NCBI RefSeq assembly: GCF_025526975.1
Contig: NW_026515669.1
Coordinates: 372,001-436,000 of the forward strand
Length of the DNA: 64,000 nt
Reading direction: 5' to 3'
DNA from: Fimicolochytrium jonesii
Lineage: Eukaryota
Part shown: positions 23,868-33,998 of the stretch, in pieces
How the letters are laid out: each line of letters begins with the position of its first letter
Position numbering within the stretch: position 1 is the first letter of the stretch
Position numbers and translations under genes: made by a program
Notes under the pieces: model-generated
Told to the model about the DNA's origin: nothing
What the model saw: only the letters and a program-made list of their open reading frames with translations
The model's database searches: none

Positions 23868-24815
23868 TTACTGCAGCTGGACTTGGGCAAAATCCTGGAT
23901 GGGTGCAGGTTCCTTAACCGCGACATTCGCCGTGCGTATCTTGTTTGGGCAGAGTTTGGCTATGTGGCCAGGTTTACCACAATAGAGGCAAAGTTTGTTT
24001 GTGATGCGGTGTTGGCGCTCTAGCGGTGTGAGGGGTCCTCGCGGACGAGCAGCGTCAATGACCATAGGGTCGTCTGGGCGGTTGTCGGGGCTCATGAGGG
24101 TGGGGCTAGTGGTAACTGGCACATATGGCTGTCGGTTCCTGCTTCGCTCTAGACGGCGCTCAAACAATCGGTTGTCACATTGGATGGCCTGTTCCATCAC
24201 GGTGTCGATTGAGGCGGTAGGGGGCATCGTGAGCATTAAGTCCTTGACGTCTTCTTTGAGGCCGCGACGGAAGGTGGCAATCAATGCCTGGTCATTCCAC
24301 GACACATCGCATTGCAGCTGTCGGAATTCAGCTACATACTCTGTTGCTGCACGGGTTTGTCGAAGGTTCTGGAGCTTGTTTTCGGACGTGCGGATCCTGT
24401 CGCTGTCTCCAAAGACTGCTTGCATTTGCTGGATGAAATCATCCAGGTTCGTAAGGGAATGATGGTCTTGTTCGACAAGGGGCGCCAGCCAGGCCTGGGC
24501 GGTGCCAGTGAGGTAGGTGCCAATAGTTCGTATCTTGGTCTGATCGTTGGGGTAGCGCCTGGGTTGGAGGGCGAACATGAGCCGGATCTGGTTGAGGAAC
24601 CCACGGAACTTGCTTCGGGTGCCATCAAATTTGTCTGGGAGACTGATTTTGGGTTCGGGGGCGTGAGTGGCAGGGGCAGTGGTCTGGGTTTGCGCTAGTT
24701 CGGCTTGTAGGGTGGTATTCTGCGCTCGAAGTTCGTCAATCGCATTGCACATGGCTTGCCAGGCTTCGGCCGTGAGGGGAAGGGCGTCGGACATGGTGAT
24801 TTGACGTGGAGGCAC
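23868..24815 (-). CDS. gag of E
   Basis: [31 protein letters not shown] knuckle. Confidence 0.93.
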   Translation of the reverse strand: MPPRQITMSDALPLTAEAWQAMCNAIDELRAQNTTLQAELAQTQTTAPATHAPEPKISLPDKFDGTRSKFRGFLNQIRLMFALQPRRYPNDQTKIRTIGTYLTGTAQAWLAPLVEQDHHSLTNLDDFIQQMQAVFGDSDRIRTSENKLQNLRQTRAATEYVAEFRQLQCDVSWNDQALIATFRRGLKEDVKDLMLTMPPTASIDTVMEQAIQCDNRLFERRLERSRNRQPYVPVTTSPTLMSPDNRPDDPMVIDAARPRGPLTPLERQHRITNKLCLYCGKPGHIAKLCPNKIRTANVAVKEPAPIQDFAQVQLQ

Positions 24816-24845
24816 AGCGGCTGGGGGTTGTTGAGCAGATCAAAC

Positions 24846-25375
24846 TGTTATGAATGGGCGGAGCCGACGGAAATAGAGGCGACTTGTGGTGCAGGTTGTT
24901 GACAGGTAATGGTATTCAGACCGAAACAAGAACTAGAACAAGACTAGGAAGAACTGGTGTTGATCTGCTGGGGGATCAGGAAGTGGGGAGCTCAGGGGAG
25001 GCGGCTATTTATGCTTTTCTGGGAAGGCTGGGGAAGCGTGGGGAAGCAGAAGGGTACGGAATGAGAGGGAAGCCAAGAGAAGCGCCAAGGGTGGGGAAGC
25101 ATAGAAACAGAAGACTGGGGATGGGGTGGCTACGCTGAGGCTGTGGGCGGGTACGTGGGGAAGTATGGAGAAGGGTTTGTAAGCGCCGAGTGTTGGGAGG
25201 TGTGGCTACGTGCGGCTGCGTGGAGAAATGAAGGCAGTGGCAGGTGTGGGGTAGCGCGGCTGCGTGCGGCTGCGAGGTTTGGCAGATGTCAGGTTTTGAC
25301 AGGGAATTGACATTGACTGACTGTTGGGGTGCTGTCATGAGGTAAGCGCATGGTATGGACGCGTCGTCCATAACA
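24846..25375 (-). repeat. 5' LTR of E
   Basis: Direct repeat of 19498-20027; minus-strand ATAAATAG at 25005-25012. Confidence 0.96.
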
Positions 25376-26913
25376 CTTTCCGCGAGTGACCAAAAGGAAC
25401 GGTAACCTGGGATGTCCGCCAGGGATAAAGGTAAGGTTTGCCGGGAACACTTGAATTCTTGGAAGCAGACCACATCTAACTTCAATTCCGTAAATAAAGT
25501 GGAGAGCGCGACGCCTTTGCGGACGAGGTTCCGAAGAGAGTTAACGTTCCAAGTGAGCACGCGCAAGTCTTGTATCGTTGGGGCAACCGGAGGTGGAGAC
25601 GGTTGGGACGCGGGCATCAGTAAATCCTGCTCGAGCTGTGATGCGGCCGGCCGAAGAAGTAGGGGAGTGAACGACGAAGGGGGCGCGTCGTCAACAGCAA
25701 GCGCGTGAAGGAGGTTGATGCGATCATCCAATGCGTCCGTCGACGAGGGAGGCGGGTCAAGAGGTGGTGCAAATTCGGTACACAACACGCCGAAGAGAGC
25801 GCCGTTTTGAATATCCGCCAGCGTCTGCGCACCGTCCGTATCGATCTCGACCCGGAAATTGTTGGCGGTGAGAGCAGCAACATGCGCATCAGCGGTAGCG
25901 GCTTGCGTTTGGGAACGGGTGCGCGGGGCAGGGAGCGCGGTCGGGGTGAGCGGGTGCCGACCATGCGCTTCCCATTCAGTGTTCTCAGCGGGGGTGAGCG
26001 CGCGAATCTCTTGCGTATCCCCAGTGCTGCCTTGAACGACTAACCACGTGGAATGGATGCGTAGGTGATAAATGGCTTGCGACCAACGAGTGATAGCGTC
26101 GACATATTCCAAAAATGGGCGGCCCAACAAACAGTCGGCGTCCATTCCATGGATCACTAAAACGTTGATGGGGATCTGGTGACCCGCGACCGTGATGACT
26201 AATCCACGCACGGCGCCTTCGATGGATGGCAAGCTACCGTCGACTTGTCGTAAGCGGAAAGAAGGCGTCAAAGACGAAAGGGTCCATTGATTGCGCTGGC
26301 GCAATGCCGCGCTGATCGCGATGAGACAACAGCCGCCGTCGAACAAGCACTTGGTGGGTGCACCTTGGATTTCCGCGTTCATGAAATGGGTGCCCGTAGC
26401 GGAGACATCAATCATGGCCAATTGCTTAAGATGGAAGTTCAAGCGTGAATCGAGGGTGTTGTCATCCGGCGAGGTCCCGTCTTCGGCGATGTCAGTGTCG
26501 GGATGCCACGCGCCAAGTAAAGGTTCGCGAAAACACAGTGCCGCGCGGCGAGTCTTGTTTACCAACTTCATGGATTCTCGTAACTTCTCGCGAAGAGCCG
26601 GGCTCCATTGTAAGAGGTCAGCCATCGTGAGTCCTCGCACTTCGGTTTCGTTCAAGAAATTGACGATGTCGAATGGGATCTTATCGATCATGGCGCGGAT
26701 GGTTGCCGGAATACGTTCCTCCTGGCTCTCCGGTTGCAGCAACTTGGGAGGGTCCTTAGCCCGGCTAGCCGCATGTGTTGGCGGCTTCATCCCAGAATCC
26801 ACGGGAGGTGCGGGCGCCGGTTGGATTACGGGTTTGACTGCCGGGGGTCGCGGAGAGGGGCTCGCTTTGGGAGGTGGTCGAGGGGGTTTCGGGGGACCAA
26901 CCTCCATGGGCAT
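25376..26913 (-). CDS. D pol 5' part: aspartic protease and N-terminus of the AP endonuclease
   Basis: CLFDGGCCLIAIS..LLGRPFL protease; LRVLTWNVNSLR..DVVCFQEFK EEP-nuclease N-terminus. Confidence 0.9.
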
Positions 26914-26918
26914 CGGAG

Positions 26919-28978
26919 CTAAACGGACAACCGGCAGTGGTCGCGGTGGCTTGGTAGCGGTATGCGACGCTCGGGCGGAAGCTGAACGTATGGCTGTACC
27001 CGCCGATCGGGATACTGCAAAGCGGTGGTAAAACGTGTGGGACGTGGAGGCCGCGGGGGTACAGGTGCAGGTCGCAAGGAAATGTTCAACCTCTTCGATG
27101 GTGGCATATCAGAAGCCTCATCGTAGTGCTTGCGCTTTTCGGCCATGTAAGCATCGTACGCCTCATATTCTTCAACGTTGTAGGGCACTCCTGGATCTGG
27201 AGGATAGGGTGACGGGAGCTCGGTGCCCTCTAAGCCGAGCTCCCTGGGAGAAAATCCGACGGGGAGTCTTCGGGGTCAGCGTAGTACGCGCCGACGTCTT
27301 TGAGCACCCAGGAATAATACTCCTCTTGGGTATCGTCGTAGTCGGAGATATCCTCGGGGTAAAAGCAAGCGGCCAACCGATACCCACGCCAAGTGTCAAG
27401 CTTGGTCATCGACTTGCAGTCTCGGAACCCGTGCCCAGTTTGGCCGCAGCGGAAGCAAGATCTTTCAGGACGCCTCTGGGGGCGGGCGGACGGCAGACCG
27501 GGAGGATATTGATTGCTATTGGATGCCTGTTTGACGGCCAAGTTCTGCATACGGGAGGTAAGATCGCTGACTGGATCTGCTGGCGTAGTCGTCTGAATTG
27601 TAGTTTGAATTGTAGGCGCTGGTGGGGCTTGTTGACGAGGGGCCGGTGCCGGAGTCGGATACGTACGGTCACAACTGGGGTATGCGCGCGGAGCTTGACG
27701 GACAGCCGGAGGGCACCAGAAGTCCGTTCGATTGGTGGCGATCGGGGCCGAATATGCGTCTTTGCGCTCAGCGTAATCCGCACAGGCACTTACGAGATCC
27801 TCAATGGGGAGCTGGGTGAAGTTTGGCAAGCTGAGGGCGTGTGTGAGAGTAGCGCTATCACCCAAGCCGCGGATAAAGGCTCGAGCAATCTGGGTGCGGG
27901 TGAGTTCAGTGGCGACTGTAGCAATGTGCTTGTTCAGGTACTCCAGTTCGTAGACCAACGACAAGAACAAGCTCCCGTACTGACGAATGGTCTGCCCTTC
28001 CGTGCGCTGGAAAGTCGAAATGCGATCTGCGAAAAGCGACGGGTCACGATCGATCGAACAAGCGACGGGTCACGATTCTAGAACCATGTCGGTGCGAACG
28101 TGGTTCCAATCTTGTGTGTTGCCTTGGTACGACGCAAACCAGGTCCATGTGAGATGGTCTTTGTCATCACTCGCTTTTGACAACCAACGAAAGCGGTCTT
28201 TTTCGGGAACGCCGCAGGAATCCGCCAGCTTGTCGAACGTGCGGAGCCATTGCAAGATTCGCGAGGTGTCCTGGTGGTGCTTGTTGCCCTCGTATTTAGG
28301 CAGGCCTTTCTGGAGGGACGTGTTGGAATTGGCCGTCTGCGGATTGCGCTGAAGCTGCTCGAGGGTTCGGAACATCAAAGTGACCAGATCTTGTTGACTG
28401 ATCGCGCCATCCACCGGGGCAGCGGGCATTGCGCCAGCACGATGCAAAATCGGCGGCATTGGACGAAGACCGGCGCTGTTCGGTGGCGCGGAATGCGGTC
28501 GAGCGGTGCTGGCGTGCGGACCGGCATGGTACCTATCGCGCGCCATGCGCCAAGCAGCGGCGATCTTGGCAACGTCAGAGAACTCGCGGAGAGTGAACTG
28601 TGCAGGATTCGCGTCCAATGCGAACTTCAATGACTGGATGTAGATGCGGTCAAGAGAGCCAGCGGCAAGACCTTCACACACGGAGTCGAAACTGATGCCC
28701 ATATTCGTACAAAACTTGAGTAGACCATACAAGATCTCGGTGTCGACATGGGAAACGGTACCATACAAGCTGATCTTGACCGTGGCGTGTTCAATAGTGG
28801 AACGAGCGATGAACGTGTCGATACGATTACGAGCGGTCTCCGTGGCACAAGCACACGCAGACTGGGTATCGCTACTATCATGCTCGCTAGACTCTCGTTC
28901 CTCCTGCTTGTCGCTGTGCAACGGACGAGTGTCGCGCCAATCATTGCCAAGGAAGGCCGGGCTACCGTGGAAAGCCAT
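26919..28978 (-). pseudogene. gag region of D (in-frame stop at 28070, frameshifts downstream)
   Basis: LPKYEG..ILQWLRTFDKLA capsid-like motif; CFRCGQTGHGFRDC knuckle. Confidence 0.8.
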
Positions 28979-29322
28979 TGCGCAGGAAGTGGACGGGATA
29001 AACGGCGGGATATGCGGCGAGTTGTCTGATCGATGGATACCCCACTGGAGCGGATAGCCGAGACGATGATGCTTAAGGAACCGTTGTGGGATGGTCGGAT
29101 TGATGTCGGGAATAGATGGATGGATGGATGCCGGGGGTTGCCGCCGACAGCTATAAAATTCACTAGAACAACGCGGAAGGACATGGGAATGTCGGCAAAA
29201 TGCTCAAAACGCAAAGTCAAGCCCGGACGATGAAGACGATGGGGATACTCTCTGTTGCTGCAGGTGCTGCGGTGTACGATGTGCGTTTTCCCAAACACCT
29301 ACTTCTTCATTCTCCACAAGAA

Positions 29323-29522
29323 TGTGGTAGGCAGGGAAAAAGATGTTATATATTGGGTTGTCGGTCAACTGGCGCGAGCGCAGCGAGCCGGCTTTTAAAG
29401 TACAAGAAGAAAAACTGCCAGAAAGTCACATGACTGGGGAATAAACTAGCTACTGGTTAGGGTTACGACTGGGGATAGGGTTGGGGATTAGGGTTGCGGC
29501 GTCAACTCCACACCGTACCACA
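29323..29522 (-). repeat. 5' LTR of D
   Basis: Direct repeat of 15154-15353. Confidence 0.95.
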
Positions 29523-29526
29523 CCGC

Positions 29527-30232
29527 CTCCACCAGGCGGACCCCCTGGACCCCCTCCCCCGCCGTTTCCGTCACCGTTTCCATCCTCACTCGCATCCATG
29601 TGCTTTCTCAAGTACTGGAGTCGCTTCATCATCTTGTCTTGCTCCCGTCTCTCGACCGCATCACTGCGGCGCTTCGCCTCTTTCATCTTTTCTTTCGATA
29701 TGCCGCCTTTTGCCTTATATCGCGACTCCGAGACTGCCTTTCACCCAAGGTAGTCTGCCTCCTCCATCAATGCCTCGAACAACCCCTTCTTTCGCTTCGA
29801 TCGATCCAGTTTTGCCTTTGTAAACGCCAGGTGCTTCGCGAGGATCTCATGGTTATCCTTGCGGTACCTCAACGTCGATACCTCCGTCGCCAATCGAAGA
29901 GCTTCTCTAACTTGGGCTTTCGACATCAAAGAGTTGCTTGCGGACGCTGCGGACGAAGCGCGCGTAGAGCGCGTAGTCAGTCGTGAGGGTCCTGGCGGAG
30001 GTGCAGCTGGAGGGGCTGCGGGCGCTCCTGTCTTACGGGCCGTTTGCTTCTTCTTGCCGTCGCCGCTCTTCTTACCACTCCTGCCGTTCTTGCCTCCGTT
30101 TGCCATTGTTTTGCGTATCGTGTGGTAGTCTGGGATACGGTAGTTGAGTATGGGGAACGTTGGTCTTACCTCTCTGGGGCGACTGACAGCTGTCTCTTGT
30201 TTTATACTCGCGGCGGTTCCCTCTTCTTTCAT
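29527..30232 (-). pseudogene. Antisense accessory ORF of Copia B; basic, coiled-coil, H3-tail-like motif; last codons at 15089-15153
   Basis: ORFs 29741-30232 and 29450-29686 share a frame (one TGA). Removing D continues it in frame GGPPGGG|GAGAGGAPGARAAATITVAG*. Confidence 0.65.
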
Positions 30233-30370
30233 TTTTACTCTTTCATTTCTTTCATTTTAGTCATAGCTATTCACCCAACGTCCGCCCGCTTTTTCGCGTA
30301 CGGCCGCACCATTTCACTCATTGCTTAGATTTATCTTTCACTTAGATAGACTCGTGAGTTTGAGGTGGGG

Positions 30371-30615
30371 TGTTGGAGGTATCATCCTCCCGAGTCCCCG
30401 GTTAGGGTTCCCGTAGTTTTTTTCCTCACGTGACTCCCCTCCCGCTTACGCCACGCTTCCGCGTACGGGACTTCACTCTTTTCTTCCCCTTCGGACCTCG
30501 CGTCCTCTTTACACTTTAGACTTTTCTACACAAGACAATACATACTTCACAGTACAGCATTGCACACTACATAGGGTTCGCTCAGTCATCTGCTTCCTCT
30601 GCCGACTACTGCTAC
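30371..30615 (+). repeat. 3' LTR of B
   Basis: Direct repeat of 9832-10076, preceded by GAGGTGGGG PPT. Confidence 0.92.
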
Positions 30616-30670
30616 GCTACCCCTTCCCCCCTACCGACCCCGAACCGGTACTCCCAGAACTCCGACCATC

Positions 30671-33378
30671 ATGTCCCGAAGATCCTCCACCACCTCCTCA
30701 AGAAGATCCAGCGTCGCAGACCTGTCCAACGCGGTCTCGAAGCCACCTATCCTGCCACCAATGACCAGGACCAAGAACCAGCGCACGGACTCGCCGGTTC
30801 CCAGTACCCCGGTCCGCTCCGTGTACCCCCACAAACCAATCGAGGTCGACCCTCCCCCTCAGATCGACAGAGGGTTCAGAGAAGCCACCAGCTCCCGTAC
30901 TCCCGCCCCAATGAAGGCAACGGGGAACAAACGTCCGCCAATCCGCTCGCCCAGAATCACCGTGCGAAATGCCGGCGACACCCCTGTTGACACCCGCAAG
31001 AAAAGGAAGGTGTTGGATACGCCCGAAGAGCCACGAAGAGGCAAAGCGATCATCGGCTCCGCCACTCTCAGTGTCTCCGGCCTGGACCCGGAAGAGGATG
31101 AGTTCACGAGCGAGACCCTGACGAGAGACGTGGGATACCAGCCCGGAGAGGAAGAGGAATACTACGGAGCAGAGAAGAATGGAGCTGTCTGCATGTGCGA
31201 AAACCCGGACGATAGCGCTTCCATCTATGGTCGCGTCGTCCATGCGAACGCGGAGACCTCTGCTGTGGAAGCCAATTCTACCACCCAGAATGCCTCAACA
31301 ACCAGAGACTGCCCCACCCTCAGGAAGACGAAGAAGTCTTGCAGGCCTACTTTGCCCAGTACAACTTTGTTTGCCCGCCCTGCCTAGAGGACCTCCCGGA
31401 GAATGCAGAAACCGACGGCAAGATCGCTGCGACCAAGCACCCGAACGTCGGAAAGAAGAGGGGACTGCGTCTGGCGCCCTACGACCATGAGAACGGCAAG
31501 TGGAGGACCGACTTCGCGATGAAGACCGGGGAGGGGGATACGGAGGAAGACCGACCGTACTGGGTCTCAGGGAGGGACATCGAAAAAGTCATGCTCCCAA
31601 GCCAATACAAGGAGTATACGGACGTCCCATCCACCATGTACACCCGTGTGCACGGCCTCTTCCCCCAACCGGTGCTGACCTCGCGCTCGAAAGCTCACAA
31701 CTACATGCGAGACTGGGAAAAGGAATTGATCTTGAAGCAAGCCGTCTTCGTCGTCATTACCAACCTGGAGCCGCACTACGCGCAATGTGCCAAGGCCCTC
31801 CGCAAAGAGCACGGCATCCACGAGACTCCGGACGACCTAGAGGACCCCAAAGCACTGCTCCGCCAAGCCGCCTTCCCCCGCATCGACCAGCCCAACTACC
31901 TTATCTACGCAGGCCCCAACCTTTGGGAACTCGAGATCATCGTAGCGAGGTTTGGGCCCAAACCCAAAGACAAGCCGGAGGACAAGGAGCTGACGCTCGG
32001 CGTGCCAAGAGTAGAGTCTGAATTGTGGTCAAGTCTGGCGTTGAAATGGCTTGCCACCGGCGACCTTGGTTCGCTCAAGCCGAAGGGATGGAGGACACCG
32101 GAGGGCGAAGCAAAACACGGGGGATCACCGAGGTTCAGAACTCAACGGGGGCACCCAGCAGTGGACGCACAGGCGGTCATCCACGGAGGGGTACGGACAA
32201 CGACAACCTCCGGGGGAAAGACGAACAAGGGCAAATTCCCTTACCCCACAGCAGAAAGTCGACACGTGAGATACGGCCTTGGGTGGGCGGAATACCTAGA
32301 ATTTGCGGAGAATGCCACGGCACACAAGCGCATGGCCATTTGCCACGAATGGATCGACCCCGCTAGCCATGCCCGACGGAGGAAGGTTATCGACAACCTC
32401 CCTGCCCAATGTCAACACAACATTCCTGCGGGCTCCCCAGGCACTATGTGTGTCATCAACTTCAATGTGACCGTCTACTGCCACGTGAACCCCAACGCCC
32501 ATGGGTTCACCGTTCAATACATCCACGGAAGCTTCTCTGCCGGAGACCTCGCCTTCTGCAATTTGCATCTCCGTGCCGACACACCCTCGGGCACGATCAC
32601 TTTGGTCCGCACCCAGCTAGCAGAACACACAGTGCTGGATTGGGGACCACTGCCCGGGCGGAGCTGGACCAACACCTGGCGTTTCAGTCAGCCCGCCACG
32701 ACGCCACAGGATGTCCTGCACGCCCATAGCCGGAAGGAACTTCGGGAATCCTGGGCGAAGTACCGGGGCGGCTCATGGCCTACCCAGGGGCTCAACATTG
32801 CCCAGCGTCCCAAGGCCGACGTAAACTTCGATTCTCAAAGTCAGCTTGAGACCCTCAAGACGAGCCTGCAGGAGTTGCCAGACATCTACATCGGCCACAC
32901 TTCCATCGCCAGCGGCGACGGAATGGGCAACCCAGACCAATTTAACGAGGATAGGCGGAACATGCTGTCCCGTTACACGGCAGGCGTCGACGACTTCGCC
33001 CCGATCGCCCGCCTCCAGCAGCAAGAGACTGCCTGCAGAGCCCACGCCACCCTCGCCGCCAGCGAGCACGCCACCCTCGACGACATCCTGGATGCAATTG
33101 TCGCTCGGTACCCTACTACCCCTCCGACCTCACCCCCGCAACCACCTCGCCCTACGCTCTGAGCTAACATCACGCCCTCAACGAGACTGCTCCTCAAGTA
33201 CCAACACGTCGTCCCTCTCCCTGAGTCCGACGCCGACGAAATACTCCGCAGATGGTGGCTCGAAGTACGCACCCTCAGCGCAGAAGCTTGTCTAGAGCCG
33301 ACCCAGACCACGACTCCGGGGACGACAAGACCATCTGGTGCCGGACCATCCCGCGCTGGTCCATCCAGCGCGCGCTGA
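30671..33378 (+). pseudogene. Accessory ORF of A: disordered N-terminus, PHD finger, TET/JBP-like 2OG-Fe(II) dioxygenase (1-nt frameshift near 31241, TGA at 33160)
   Basis: CMC..(P)CERGDLCC..FYHPEC..FVCPPC is a C4HC3 pattern; INFNVTVYCHVN..GSFSAGDL.F..L...PSGTI.L.RTQLAEHTV...GRS fits the fungal TET/JBP-type DSBH core. Confidence 0.75.
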
Positions 33379-33565
33379 TCGATCAAACCTACGACACCCC
33401 ACGACCTCAAACAACAAACACCACTTCACCAACACATCCGCCCAAGTAGCGGAGGTTCCCGGAGGCTAGCACACCATGGCAACATGGTGCAACAGGCTAG
33501 TTTCTGCAAAATACAGGGAGTACCACGGCGGAACCCTTCTGAGCACCCCTCCTAGAGGAAAGCTC

Positions 33566-33579
33566 AAAAAAGGGGAGGA
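33566..33579 (+). promoter_or_regulatory. Polypurine tract of A
   Basis: AAAAAAGGGGAGGA directly before the 3' LTR. Confidence 0.85.
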
Positions 33580-33998
33580 TGTGAAAGTGATCAGGTTGAC
33601 AGCGTATGAGGAGATGGGGAGACTCAAGGGAGGATTAGTATTTGCGCGCGCGTAACCAGGCGTGATCAGGAGTAGGATAGAGACACACCCCCTCCCCCGC
33701 CCCACTATAAAAAGGACGACACTGGCGTAGATTGCCCGGAGAGCATCTTACCGGCTATAGACTAGACCATAAGTTTGTACCATAGGAGCTCAACTGACCA
33801 AACTGACTAGCGTACCTACGCCTAGCAGTCCGGGGTTGCCAATATATGGAGTACGCCCAAGCGTGTCTACTTGTGTGGTGAGAATAGGGATTTAGTTGGT
33901 CTCTACCTTTTACCTTGCACTCTCCACGAGTAGATTACCTCCACCCGCGAATGACCCGATTTAGGACCTATCTCAGGGAATAATCGACCACTTTCACA
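33580..33998 (+). repeat. 3' LTR of A (419 bp)
   Basis: Direct repeat of 696-1112, followed by the GAGG TSD. Confidence 0.95.

Larger units (their letters stand above)
19498..25375 (-). mobile_element. Element E: Tf1/sushi-type chromovirus, the youngest insertion
   Basis: 530-bp LTRs 19498-20027 and 24846-25375 (2 differences seen); perfect CTTTC TSD; PPT; gag plus PR-RT-RH-INT-chromodomain. Confidence 0.96.
15154..29522 (-). mobile_element. Element D: Ty3/Gypsy LTR retrotransposon with an AP endonuclease in pol
   Basis: 200-bp TG..CA LTRs 15154-15353 and 29323-29522 (3 differences); CCGC TSD; minus-strand PPT at 15354-15365. Confidence 0.93.
9832..30615 (+). mobile_element. Element B: Ty1/Copia LTR retrotransposon with a chromodomain and an antisense 3' ORF
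   Basis: 245-bp LTRs 9832-10076 and 30371-30615; TSD CCTAC/GCTAC; copia PBS GGTTATGAGCCC; G-rich PPT; PR-INT-RT-RH order. Confidence 0.92.
696..33998 (+). mobile_element. Element A: Ty3/Gypsy chromodomain LTR retrotransposon with N6-adenine MTase and PHD-TET/JBP cargo; decayed, hosts nested insertions
   Basis: TG..CA LTRs 696-1112 and 33580-33998, GAGG TSD (692-695 / 33999-34002), PBS, PPT, domain order gag-PR-RT-INT-chromodomain. Confidence 0.93.

Noticed and set aside
15502..33378. TET plus AP endonuclease as one demethylation/base-excision pathway
   Set aside because: They belong to different elements (A and D) of different ages, so proximity is due to nesting.
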